Assembly: GCA_963730605.1 (NCBI GenBank)
Contig: CAVSSM010000001.1
Coordinates: forward strand, 576,001 to 640,000
Reading direction: 5' to 3'
Source: an uncultured Chlamydiae bacterium
GTDB taxonomy: Bacteria; Chlamydiota; Chlamydiia; Chlamydiales; SM23-39
Length of the DNA stretch: 64,000 bases
The notes under the pieces are model-generated. The model had not been told where the DNA came from. It searched no databases and saw only the letters and a program-made list of their open reading frames with translations. Positions 10,023 through 19,405 of this stretch are shown in pieces. A program made the position numbers and the translations under genes. Numbering within the stretch: position 1 is the stretch's first letter; each line of letters opens with the position of its first letter.

Positions 10023-10255
10023 TCCTGAGCGGGAAACCGAATCGTGTTGGACTTATGGGTAACGATCAGCCTTAAGAGGGTGTTCACATTTTAACCACCG
10101 AGCCTTGCAAAAATACAGAAATATTTTTAATCCATCTTTCTACCATTTTTGAGTTGTCGATCATTCCGGCAAACGATATGCTTTTATTTCCCTCGCGAAA
10201 GATTGCATAAAACACTACGGTATTTTACGATTCGGAAGAGGTCGCGAAACATTCT

Positions 10256-13200
10256 ATGATTGCTCGGATAAAGGCTTTTTTCATTGCCTTTTCACTCCTT
10301 TGCTCCGTCTCCCTTTTTCCCGAAGATGCGCAGGAGCTTGCTGCGGCGGCTCCAGTAGCTAAAGAGACGCCTGAAACGGCTGCTCAAATGGCAGATGTTG
10401 GGTATACGATCAATTACAATACCGTTTCGATCATCGAATACATCCGCTTCGCAAGCAAAATCTGCAATGTTAATTTTATCTTCAACGAAGCCGATCTCGA
10501 CTTTACGGTAACGGTCGTATCGGACGCGCCGATCACGACGCAAAATGTCATGGGAACTCTTGTTCAAGTCTTGAGGATCCACGGTCTTTCCATATTGGAG
10601 CAAGACAACAACTTGGTGATCCATAAAGCTCCTGAAGTGACCCAGATCGCCACCTTGGTCACGGATCATATGGAAGCGAAAAACGTCCCGATCGTCACCC
10701 GGATCTTCCGGATCAAAGAAGCCAAAGCGGAGGCCATCGCCGGCGTCATCCGGCCGATGATTTCCAATTCGGCCCTCCTCGAGGTGATGCCGGAGACAAA
10801 GCAGATCATCCTGACCGACGTCACCGTCAACGTCGACAAGGTCGCGCTCTTGATCGAAATCCTCGATTCCCCGATCAACCAGCTTGGAGTGCGGATTTAC
10901 ACGACGGTCCATAACTCCCCCGAACACCTCGTGGAGATCGCGAGCCAGATCATGGCTCCGATCGCTCAAGGGAATCCCTATATCCTCGTCCCTCAGATGA
11001 CGGCCAATGCGATCTACATTGTCTCGACGAGCGAACTTACCGACAAAACCCTTGCGATCCTCAAAAGCTTGGATGTCCCTCCACAAAAAGAAATCTCTGG
11101 ACAAAGGAGAGTCAAAGGGGAAAACATCTTCGTCTACAAAGCCGTAAGCCGGCCAAGCGATGAGATCATGAGCGGTCTCTTCAGCATCGCCGAAAATTTG
11201 CAAAAGACTGGAATTCCCGAAGGCGATTTGATCCATACGATCGAGTCGGCCCGTTCGATCAAAGAGACGAATTCCATCATGTTTACCGGGTCGAAAGATT
11301 CGATCGCGAAGGTCAAAGAGTTCCTGACTGCACTGGATGTTCCCGGGACGGCCTTTGCCGTAAAAAGTTCATTTTTCGTCTACCGCCCCAAATACAGGAG
11401 TGCGAAAGAACTCGACTCTTCTTTGAAGGAGACGGCCGAAAATCTCAAAGGGGCTAAAGAGGAAGGAGCCCTGATCCAGATTCTCCAAAGCGCAAAAATC
11501 AATAAGATGACAAACACGATCCTCTTTTCAGGAGACGAGAGCCAGTTCGCCCGTATCAATGATCTCCTCGCCACGCTCGACACCCCTTCCGGGAAAAAAA
11601 TGCCGCAGGAAGTGAAAAACGATTTTTTTCTCTACAAGATCCAACACGCAGATTATCAAGATCTTCAGTCTTCTTTGAAAACATTTGCAAAAAATCTCGA
11701 TAAATCGAACGTCCAAGATGAAGGGCTCATCCATGCCATTGAGGATATGAAACCGATCACCGATACAAATTCCATCCTGTTTTCTGGCCCTGAGCCCGCC
11801 TTGAACAGGTTGAAGGAACTGGTCCCCTCGTTCGATTCAGGCATCGCCTCCATGCCCGTCAGCAATCAGTTCTTGATCTATAAGCCAAAGAACCAAAAGG
11901 GGGACCAGCTTGTAAAATCGATCCAAGAAGTAGCCGGCAACCTCAAATCCGATCAATTCCGCGACCTCGCATTCTTGCGCACTCTCGAGAGCATGAAGTA
12001 TGTCAAAAATACCGACTCTCTCCTCTTTACCGGCGACGCAGCCTCCATAACGCACCTCGAAGATCTGATCGCGAAGATCGATCTCCCGGCAGGGCCAAAG
12101 CATGAAAAGATCCTATGGCTCTATTCTCCTACAATAGCTTCGAGAGAAAAGACGGAAACGTATCTCAAACAACTTTCCACGAACCTTGCCAAGCAGAGCG
12201 AGTCCGACTTGATCCAAGCGATCCAATCGATGAAGTGGATCGACGCTTCCCAATCTTTCTTATTCCAAGGATCGCCAAACGCGATCGGCCGCCTGAAAGA
12301 GGTCATCCAAGACTTCGAGCAGCAGTCTCAAAGCCAAACGAAACCCGGATACTACATCTATAAGCTCCATGCCGCCCCGGGAGATGTGGTGGAAGAGGAA
12401 CTGGATGCGGTAGCCAAAGGTTTGAAAGATAGCGGCCTTCATGATGACAAAACCTTGGCCGTCATCCGGAATATGCGCTATGTGAAAGAAACGAATTCTC
12501 TTCTCCTCACTGGAGATCCCGCCGCGATCGACGCCGTCAAAGCGATGATCGCCGATTATGATTATCCACGGACCGCGGCCAGCCAGATCAACAGCAATTT
12601 TTTCATGTATAAGCCGCAGCATCAGTCGGCCGCCCAGATAGAAAAATCGCTTCATGATATCGGGGAGAATTTGAAAAACGCTGGACTTGCCGATCCGGCC
12701 CTCCTACAAACGATCAATTCGGCCAATTACGTCAAGACGACGAATTCCCTGATCTTTACCGGCAATGCCGATTCGATCCAAAAAATCCAATCTCTTTTAA
12801 AAGAAGTCGATGTCCCTATGAAAGAACACGCCCCGATCCAGCATATTGGCAAAACGACCTTTCTCCTCTACAAGCTGAAAGTGGCCGGAGGTCCTCAGAT
12901 CGTAACCTCGATCAAGACGATGGCGGCCGATCTCAAGAAATCGGGCGGCGCCGATCCGGAGCTCCTCGCAGCCCTGAACACGATGAAATACGTGAAAGAG
13001 ACGAACTCCCTGTTTTTCACAGGCACTGAGGCGGCTCTCCAGAAAGTGCAGTCCCTCGTCGAGCAATTCGATGTCACCTCTCTTGCGGCGGCTCCCCTTA
13101 CGCCTGAAAAACCTCCTCAGCCGGGCCAGACGAATTTTTTCCTTTATAAACCGGTCTCCCTTGCTGCTGCCGACCTCGAAGGCCTCATGTCTGATTTTGC

Positions 13201-14620
13201 CACAAACCTCCATGAGAGCGGCTTGACTGATCCCGACCTGTTCTCTGCGATCACTTCGATGAAGCTAGTCGAAAAAACCCAAAACCTCGTGTTTACGGGG
13301 ACGCCGAAAGCCCTCGATCAAGTGAAAGAAATCTTAAAAGCCTTCGACATCCCCTCCAATTTGGCCCACAAGCCTGTCGTCGGGCCATTAGAACCTTCGA
13401 TCCAGGCGATCGACAATACGAGCTTCCTCGTCTATAAACTGCAATTCCACAAAGGGGACGAGATCCAGGGCGCGTTGAAACAAATTGCCAAGGATCTGCT
13501 TTCGACAAACGCGCCGATCAACCAAAACCTTCTCAATTCGATCAATTCGATCCAATGGCTCGACGTGACCAACTCCCTTCTTTGCTCTGGAACCCAAGAA
13601 ACTTTGATCCGCTTGAAGGAATTGATCAAGAACCTCGATATCCCCTTGAAACAAGTCTTCATTGAGGTTCTGGTGATCGAGACTTCCTTGACAAACGCCC
13701 TTCTCTTTGGCCTCGAATGGGGCGGCAATTACAAATTCAACGACAAGTTCGGCATCAGTTCGTTCAATACCGTCCCGCCCCCGAACACTCAATCGCCTTT
13801 CCCGGATCAATTCGTGAGCAAGCTGTCCAGCCTTACGCCGCCAAGCCAGCAGCCCACCCCGATCGGCAATATCCCCCCGGTCGCTGGATTCGACCTTGGG
13901 GTCATCGGCGAAGTGATCAAACATAACGGCAACACCTTCCTGACCCTCGGTTCCTTGCTGAACGCCCTCCAATCAGACACCGAGACTACGATCATCACCG
14001 CCCCAAAAATCCTCGGTCAAGATGGCCGCACCTCCACCATTTTTTCCGGAGCGAATATCCCCTTTACGGGCTCATTCGTCAACAATACGACAAGCGGCGC
14101 TACGATCTTGACGTCGAACATCGAATACCGCGATATCGGGCTTAACCTGACGATCACTCCGGTTTTAGGCAATTCCGATATCGTTACCCTCGACATTAAT
14201 TTGGACCGCTCCCAGACGGCAACGAATGTCCTCGGTCAATCCCAACTGAACTTCCAGTCCCAAACTGCCAATGGCATCGTCACCAGCAAAACGACCATGC
14301 AGACTACAGTCCATGTCCCAGACCGCAATTTCTTGGTGCTCAGCGGATTTGTGAATAATTCGAATACAAAGGTCAAGCAAGGAATCCCTTGTCTTGGGGG
14401 ACTCCCCATGATCGGCGCCGCCTTCTCGCAGCAAAACGACACCATTTCCAACCAAAACGTCGTTATTTTCCTCAGGCCCTTCATCATCAATTCGATCGAG
14501 GATATGCGCCGCGTGACCTCGGAACAAGAGATCTTCTTTAGAGACTTGTCCAACACTCCATTCCTAGAGCATAATTATGACGATGCGATGGAACTCATCA
14601 AATCAGTCGACGATGACTAG
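10256..14620 (+). CDS. cdsC: T3SS outer-membrane secretin SctC/CdsC with expanded periplasmic repeats
   Basis: Signal peptide, N0 domain, many KH-like N-domain repeats, and a C-terminal secretin domain (KQVFIEVLVIE, EYRDIGL.L.ITP, GIPCLGGLPMIG..F). Confidence 0.92.
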   Translation: MIARIKAFFIAFSLLCSVSLFPEDAQELAAAAPVAKETPETAAQMADVGYTINYNTVSIIEYIRFASKICNVNFIFNEADLDFTVTVVSDAPITTQNVMGTLVQVLRIHGLSILEQDNNLVIHKAPEVTQIATLVTDHMEAKNVPIVTRIFRIKEAKAEAIAGVIRPMISNSALLEVMPETKQIILTDVTVNVDKVALLIEILDSPINQLGVRIYTTVHNSPEHLVEIASQIMAPIAQGNPYILVPQMTANAIYIVSTSELTDKTLAILKSLDVPPQKEISGQRRVKGENIFVYKAVSRPSDEIMSGLFSIAENLQKTGIPEGDLIHTIESARSIKETNSIMFTGSKDSIAKVKEFLTALDVPGTAFAVKSSFFVYRPKYRSAKELDSSLKETAENLKGAKEEGALIQILQSAKINKMTNTILFSGDESQFARINDLLATLDTPSGKKMPQEVKNDFFLYKIQHADYQDLQSSLKTFAKNLDKSNVQDEGLIHAIEDMKPITDTNSILFSGPEPALNRLKELVPSFDSGIASMPVSNQFLIYKPKNQKGDQLVKSIQEVAGNLKSDQFRDLAFLRTLESMKYVKNTDSLLFTGDAASITHLEDLIAKIDLPAGPKHEKILWLYSPTIASREKTETYLKQLSTNLAKQSESDLIQAIQSMKWIDASQSFLFQGSPNAIGRLKEVIQDFEQQSQSQTKPGYYIYKLHAAPGDVVEEELDAVAKGLKDSGLHDDKTLAVIRNMRYVKETNSLLLTGDPAAIDAVKAMIADYDYPRTAASQINSNFFMYKPQHQSAAQIEKSLHDIGENLKNAGLADPALLQTINSANYVKTTNSLIFTGNADSIQKIQSLLKEVDVPMKEHAPIQHIGKTTFLLYKLKVAGGPQIVTSIKTMAADLKKSGGADPELLAALNTMKYVKETNSLFFTGTEAALQKVQSLVEQFDVTSLAAAPLTPEKPPQPGQTNFFLYKPVSLAAADLEGLMSDFATNLHESGLTDPDLFSAITSMKLVEKTQNLVFTGTPKALDQVKEILKAFDIPSNLAHKPVVGPLEPSIQAIDNTSFLVYKLQFHKGDEIQGALKQIAKDLLSTNAPINQNLLNSINSIQWLDVTNSLLCSGTQETLIRLKELIKNLDIPLKQVFIEVLVIETSLTNALLFGLEWGGNYKFNDKFGISSFNTVPPPNTQSPFPDQFVSKLSSLTPPSQQPTPIGNIPPVAGFDLGVIGEVIKHNGNTFLTLGSLLNALQSDTETTIITAPKILGQDGRTSTIFSGANIPFTGSFVNNTTSGATILTSNIEYRDIGLNLTITPVLGNSDIVTLDINLDRSQTATNVLGQSQLNFQSQTANGIVTSKTTMQTTVHVPDRNFLVLSGFVNNSNTKVKQGIPCLGGLPMIGAAFSQQNDTISNQNVVIFLRPFIINSIEDMRRVTSEQEIFFRDLSNTPFLEHNYDDAMELIKSVDDD

Positions 14621-14789
14621 TAACCTGAGTTTTGGGTTCATTTGTCTATGAGATTCAAGGATATTTCGAGCATATTTTTGCGCTTTGGAGCCGAGAGCAA
14701 TATCGGGACGAGCATCTTGCCGAGGCGAAAAGTCAAAAAGATGCCGAAAGAAATTGAAGCTCAGGCAAATGAACCCAAAACTCAGGTTA
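14621..14789. mobile_element. Palindromic MITE inserted in the start of the downstream lipoprotein gene
   Basis: 24-bp perfect TIR TAACCTGAGTTTTGGGTTCATTTG / CAAATGAACCCAAAACTCAGGTTA; TAGTA is directly repeated at the two junctions. Confidence 0.9.
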
Positions 14790-15742
14790 GTACTCTTTTT
14801 CAAAAGTTTTTATTCCTTGCGGTGCTTATTGCCGCGGCGTCATGCTACCGCGTTACAGACAGCATCGACCCGCATGTGAGTTGGCAGCTGCAAGACCGCC
14901 ACCTTCAGGGGCTCAAGAGCGCCTTTGCCCCCTTCACTCCTGAAGAGAAGTCTGCCGACTGGTCGAAAGAGTGCGTCATCGCCTCTGGTTTCGCTCAGCA
15001 GCTCGATCTTTACCGCGCGATCTCAACCTACAAAAGGGCCGAGATCCTCATTCCTTGCACGGAAACCCAAAGGCAGATCGAGATCCAGTACGACATCCTC
15101 TTTTGCTTGTTTTTAGGCAAGAAATACGACGAAGCGATTGAGACTTTTGAAAAAGGGGGCCTTGCGCATGTGGATAAGACTTTTCCCGCCTACCGCGACC
15201 TTCTTTTAGTCCTTTATGAATGCTACCGGGAGATGGATCATCCTGAAAAGCAAGAACGAATTTATGAACTGATGGTCAAATCCTATCCTGACACGGCCGA
15301 GCAGTTGAAATTATCCCGCGCTATCCGCGAAGGAGAGCTGGCTGAGGTGGATCTTTTTGCCGTTGGATTCAACGGCCCGTCTTACTTAAGCAACCTTCTC
15401 GAAACGTACGACTGCGGGAAAAAGTCAGTCGCCTTGGCCCAAACCCTCAACGCCCTGCTTCCCGGCGCAGGGTATTTATATATCGGTCAAAAAAAATCGG
15501 CTCTCACCGCTTTTTTCCTCAACGGGCTTTTCATCGCTGCGGCCTACGAGTTCTTCCACCACGGCCATACGGCGGGCGGTATCATTACTCTTGGATTCGA
15601 GACGGGTTGGTACTTTGGCGGCATCTATGGCGCCGGAGAAGAGGCGAAATACTATAACGAGCGCCTCTACGAGCGGACCGCCAGCGCCTCCCTCAACGAC
15701 CAGAAACTATTCCCCGTCCTCATGCTGGAGCATTCGTTTTGA
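14648..15742 (+). CDS. TPR-containing lipoprotein with C-terminal membrane segments (start altered by the MITE)
   Basis: FLFLAVLIAAASC lipobox, TPR-like helices and LLPGAGYLYIG motif. Confidence 0.75.
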   Translation: MRFKDISSIFLRFGAESNIGTSILPRRKVKKMPKEIEAQANEPKTQVSTLFQKFLFLAVLIAAASCYRVTDSIDPHVSWQLQDRHLQGLKSAFAPFTPEEKSADWSKECVIASGFAQQLDLYRAISTYKRAEILIPCTETQRQIEIQYDILFCLFLGKKYDEAIETFEKGGLAHVDKTFPAYRDLLLVLYECYREMDHPEKQERIYELMVKSYPDTAEQLKLSRAIREGELAEVDLFAVGFNGPSYLSNLLETYDCGKKSVALAQTLNALLPGAGYLYIGQKKSALTAFFLNGLFIAAAYEFFHHGHTAGGIITLGFETGWYFGGIYGAGEEAKYYNERLYERTASASLNDQKLFPVLMLEHSF

Positions 15743-16125
15743 TTCGCTTCATCCTTTGCTGCCTTCCCTTCTATCTCTTCGCCTACCCTGGGTATTTCGA
15801 GCCCTGGGGAAACGAGTGCGACCTAAAACATCAGGCCGAGGAGAAACCGGCAACCGCCCCTTCGATTGCAACGCAAGTCGCAGATGCGATCATCCGGTTC
15901 CATCAAGAAGTGATCTCCCCTGTCGACGGGCCGAGGAGCCATTACCGGCCATCGTCCTCGCGCTACATGCAGCTTGCCATGCACCGCTACGGCTTTCTGA
16001 AAGGATACATTATGGGGTGCGATCGGCTGCTGCGCGAAAATGACGAAGAGTGGGTCTACCGGACCATTGAAATCGATGGGAAAACCTTCAAATACGACCC
16101 CGCCATAGTGGATAAATACAGATAG
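15739..16125 (+). CDS. YidD-like (membrane protein insertion efficiency factor) domain protein
   Basis: IRFHQEVISPVDGPRSHYRPSSSRYM..A..RYG..KG..MGCDRLLREN. Confidence 0.8.
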   Translation: MIRFILCCLPFYLFAYPGYFEPWGNECDLKHQAEEKPATAPSIATQVADAIIRFHQEVISPVDGPRSHYRPSSSRYMQLAMHRYGFLKGYIMGCDRLLRENDEEWVYRTIEIDGKTFKYDPAIVDKYR

Positions 16126-16141
16126 CTATCTACGAGTAGGC

Positions 16142-16186
16142 ACGATATCGTCTTCTCCTAAATACTCTCCGACCTGGGTTTCGATG
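16142..16186 (-). repeat. 45-bp copy of the manC 3' region (17119-17163)
   Basis: 43 of 45 bases identical; both differences are synonymous in the ManC frame. Confidence 0.85.
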
Positions 16187-16925
16187 GTTGTGAGGGGGGC
16201 TTTTGCTTTTGAGATTTATGTTTAGCATAAAGAAGTCCCACACCGCCGCCAATGAGTCCAATGCCTGCAAGAACTGCACCCATTCCGAAGCTTGTTGGTT
16301 GGGCTGCCTTTTTTGTTTGAGATGCATCAGGTTCATTGTTAGCCATAGCGTCTTTCTTAAAATCCTCTAGCGCTGACTTGAAGTCATCCAACAGAGCCGC
16401 TTGACATTTAAGAACTGAGCGTTTGTTGCATGCGGATTCAGATTCATGGCCTTTTTGCGATACTGATCCATCGGCTTCTTTTAATAAGATTGAATCAGAA
16501 GACTTCCAAGAAACTGGCTTGTTTTTATGAAGCTCAATACGAGCGTTCAAATTTTTCCCTACAATAGGATTGGAACTATAAGAAAAGACATATGGATCGT
16601 CATATGGATTGCACCCTATCGTGAATACATCCTTATTTCTTGTTATCTTAATCTCTAAACTGTATGGAACAGATTCAGTTTGATTTAATTTTATCGCAAA
16701 ATCATTAACGTTATAATTTGCACACTCAGCAAAACACCCCTGATGTTCTATACAGGGATTAGGAAGAACACAGGATTTCAACGAATCACCAAAAACAGCA
16801 GTTAGACTATGAAATGCTTTTGTAACAAATTCATGAACTTTATGGGTTAGAGCGGCTTCTACGATATCTTTATTAGAATATCTTTGATGAAACTCCATTA
16901 ATTTATCAGCGGCATCTATTTGCAT
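16158..16925 (-). CDS. Orphan hypothetical protein with a C-terminal Gly-rich TM helix
   Basis: 255-aa AT-rich ORF with a GAGGAG RBS; GMGAVLAGIGLIGGGVGLLY followed by a basic tail. Confidence 0.7.
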   Translation of the reverse strand: MQIDAADKLMEFHQRYSNKDIVEAALTHKVHEFVTKAFHSLTAVFGDSLKSCVLPNPCIEHQGCFAECANYNVNDFAIKLNQTESVPYSLEIKITRNKDVFTIGCNPYDDPYVFSYSSNPIVGKNLNARIELHKNKPVSWKSSDSILLKEADGSVSQKGHESESACNKRSVLKCQAALLDDFKSALEDFKKDAMANNEPDASQTKKAAQPTSFGMGAVLAGIGLIGGGVGLLYAKHKSQKQKPPSQPSKPRSESI

Positions 16926-17066
16926 GCGATCCTCCTCTTTTTACAAATGATTTTACCAAGAATGCCCAATAACCGCAATCAAGAAACCCTTGGATGAGGC
17001 GGGCAAATAATTCTTGAATCACTTATTACGATCAATTATAATAACATTAAATCAACCAAAAACAAA

Positions 17067-18476
17067 TTACGACACTTCTGATTTTAAGAGACTTCTGCCA
17101 TACATGTCTTCAAAGCGGACGATATCGTCTTCTCCTAAATACTCCCCCACCTGGGTTTCGATGATTTCTAGTGGAACCTTCCCGGGGTTCGAGACCCGGT
17201 GGACCGCCCCTTTTGGGACATAAATGCTTTCATTTTCATGGACGAGGGTTTCCTTGCCCTGGATGGTCACTTTGGCGGTCCCTTTGACGACCACCCAGTG
17301 CTCGCTTCTATGGAAATGCATCTGCAGACTCAGAGTCTCGCCGGGATGGATGAAGATTTTTTTTATCTTATACCGCTCGCTCACATCGAGGATCGTAAAG
17401 AAGCCCCAGGGACGATTGGTCGTAAGATGCTCTTTGATTTCCTTGCGCCCCATTTGCTTGAGCTTCGCTACGACCTCTTTGACCTTTTGCGATTCCTTTT
17501 TCTTGGCAACGAGGACGACATCGGGCGTTTCGACGATCAGCATATCTTCCAATCCGATGGCTGCGATCAGACGCTTTTCTCCAAGAATGAGAGAGTCTTT
17601 CGTATCCACCTCCACGACCTGGCCCACCGCGGCGTTGCCAGACTCGTCTTTCGGCAGAAGATCGTACACGCTATCCCAGGAACCGACGTCGGACCAACAA
17701 AGGTCTATCGGCAATAGAACCGTTTTTTTCGACCTTTCCATGACCGCGTAATCGATCGATAGATTCGGCATTTTTTCAAAATGGCGCTCGAACTCATCGA
17801 AATCCTTCTCAAAATATTGGGCGATTTCGGGGCTAAACGCGGTCAGCTCGCTTTGCATCGTCTTGATCTGAAAAGCGAACATCCCCGAGTTCCAATAAAA
17901 ATTCCCCGCATCGATATACCTTTTCGCAGTCTCGAGATCGGGTTTTTCGATAAAGCGGGCAACCAAGAGCGCATCCTCGTTAAATGGAGGGCCCGCTTCG
18001 ATGTAGCCGTATCCGGTTTCAGGACTCATGGGGCAAATGCCGAAGGTCGCGATCCTGCCAGCCTCAGCAATCTGGAAGGCTCTCTCTACATAAAAACAAA
18101 ACCGATCTTGCGGTTCGATCATCTGATCGGAGGGCGATACAAATACCGTCTCATCATTTACGCACCCCCGTTTTTCCATGAGGTATTTCATAGCGAAAGC
18201 AATCGCCGGGGCCGTGTTTTTCTGGCAAGGCTCAAGGATGATGTTCTTTTCGAGAGCGGGATGAATCAGCAAAGTTTCCGCCTTCATCGCATAGAGATAG
18301 AGGGGGTTTGTCAGAATAAAAACATCTTCCGGCGCAAAATGGTGCAAGAGTCTCAAGATGGTTTTTTGGATGAGCGTCGTATCGGCGCCGATTTTTAAGA
18401 ATTGCTTGGGATATTCGATCCTCGAACTTGGCCAAAGCCTCGTCCCGCTCCCGCCCGCCAAAATGAGCGCTTTCAT
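17067..18476 (-). CDS. manC: Mannose-1-phosphate guanylyltransferase/mannose-6-phosphate isomerase
   Basis: ILAGGSGTRLWP, PETGYGYI, WNSGMF, SIDYAVME, RPWG, SLQMHFHRSEHW and LGEDDIVRFED motifs. Confidence 0.96.
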   Translation of the reverse strand: MKALILAGGSGTRLWPSSRIEYPKQFLKIGADTTLIQKTILRLLHHFAPEDVFILTNPLYLYAMKAETLLIHPALEKNIILEPCQKNTAPAIAFAMKYLMEKRGCVNDETVFVSPSDQMIEPQDRFCFYVERAFQIAEAGRIATFGICPMSPETGYGYIEAGPPFNEDALLVARFIEKPDLETAKRYIDAGNFYWNSGMFAFQIKTMQSELTAFSPEIAQYFEKDFDEFERHFEKMPNLSIDYAVMERSKKTVLLPIDLCWSDVGSWDSVYDLLPKDESGNAAVGQVVEVDTKDSLILGEKRLIAAIGLEDMLIVETPDVVLVAKKKESQKVKEVVAKLKQMGRKEIKEHLTTNRPWGFFTILDVSERYKIKKIFIHPGETLSLQMHFHRSEHWVVVKGTAKVTIQGKETLVHENESIYVPKGAVHRVSNPGKVPLEIIETQVGEYLGEDDIVRFEDMYGRSLLKSEVS

Positions 18477-18533
18477 TCGATGCTCCACTAGTAAAATTCA
18501 CATTTATTAGGTATGTTCGCGTAAAGGTCCATT

Positions 18534-19403
18534 TTGTCAAACTTTCGAAAGGGAATCAAATTCGTGATCGGCATCCTCGCAATTTTGAGCGCGGGACTCG
18601 CCATTTTTTTCGTGTTGAGTAGCGAACACGCCTTGATCACCCATCCTAAAGGGCTTATTGCGCGCGAGGAATTGGGGGTGATCTCTAGGCACTTTCTCCT
18701 CATGATGATCATTATTGTTCCGACTTTTCTCGCTCTATTTTGGACCGTTTGGAAATACCGGTCAAAAAACATAGACGCAAAATTCAAGCCGGACGCTACT
18801 TCCAAGGTTTCTGGAGAAGTGATTCTATGGATCATTCCCTCGGTCGTCATCGCCGTAATGTCATTCATGACCTGGAAAGCTACGCATAAACTAGATCCTT
18901 ATAAGCCGCTTGTCAGTGATATTACGCCTCTCACGATCCAGGTGGTGGCTCTCGATTGGAAATGGTTATTCATTTATCCAGAGCAAGAAATTGCAACATT
19001 GAATTTTGTCCAATTTCCTGCCCGCACCCCCATCCATTTCACGCTCGCCGCAGACGGCTCTCCGATGAACTCGTTTTGGCTTCCGCAAATGAGCGGGCAA
19101 ATCTACGCCATGACAGGGATGGTCACTCCCCTTCACATCATGGCAGACGGTCCAGGCGTTTATACGGGAAGAGCCGCTGAAATCAATGGAGAGGGATATG
19201 CGGACATGACCTTTCTTGCAAAATCTACGACGGAGCCCGATTTTGAAGATTGGGTAGCAAGGGTCAAAGAGTCTCCCCTGCAGCTAACGGATGACATTTA
19301 TGACGAGCTTGTCAAGCCTTCCCAAAACAATCCGGTCGCAGTCTATTCTTATGTAGAAAAAGATTTGTTTAATAAAATAGTGATGAAATACATGGCTCAT
19401 TAA
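18534..19403 (+). CDS. cyoA: Cytochrome bo3-type quinol oxidase subunit II
   Basis: THKLDPYKPL, QVVALDWKWLFIYPEQ and MNSFWLPQMSGQIYAM motifs. Confidence 0.93.
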   Translation: MSNFRKGIKFVIGILAILSAGLAIFFVLSSEHALITHPKGLIAREELGVISRHFLLMMIIIVPTFLALFWTVWKYRSKNIDAKFKPDATSKVSGEVILWIIPSVVIAVMSFMTWKATHKLDPYKPLVSDITPLTIQVVALDWKWLFIYPEQEIATLNFVQFPARTPIHFTLAADGSPMNSFWLPQMSGQIYAMTGMVTPLHIMADGPGVYTGRAAEINGEGYADMTFLAKSTTEPDFEDWVARVKESPLQLTDDIYDELVKPSQNNPVAVYSYVEKDLFNKIVMKYMAH

Positions 19404-19405
19404 TA

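Noticed and set aside
10292..14556. Long antisense ORFs over cdsC (and similar ones over glgX, the TPR gene and typA)
   Set aside because: These are shadow ORFs of well-supported genes and show no protein motifs.
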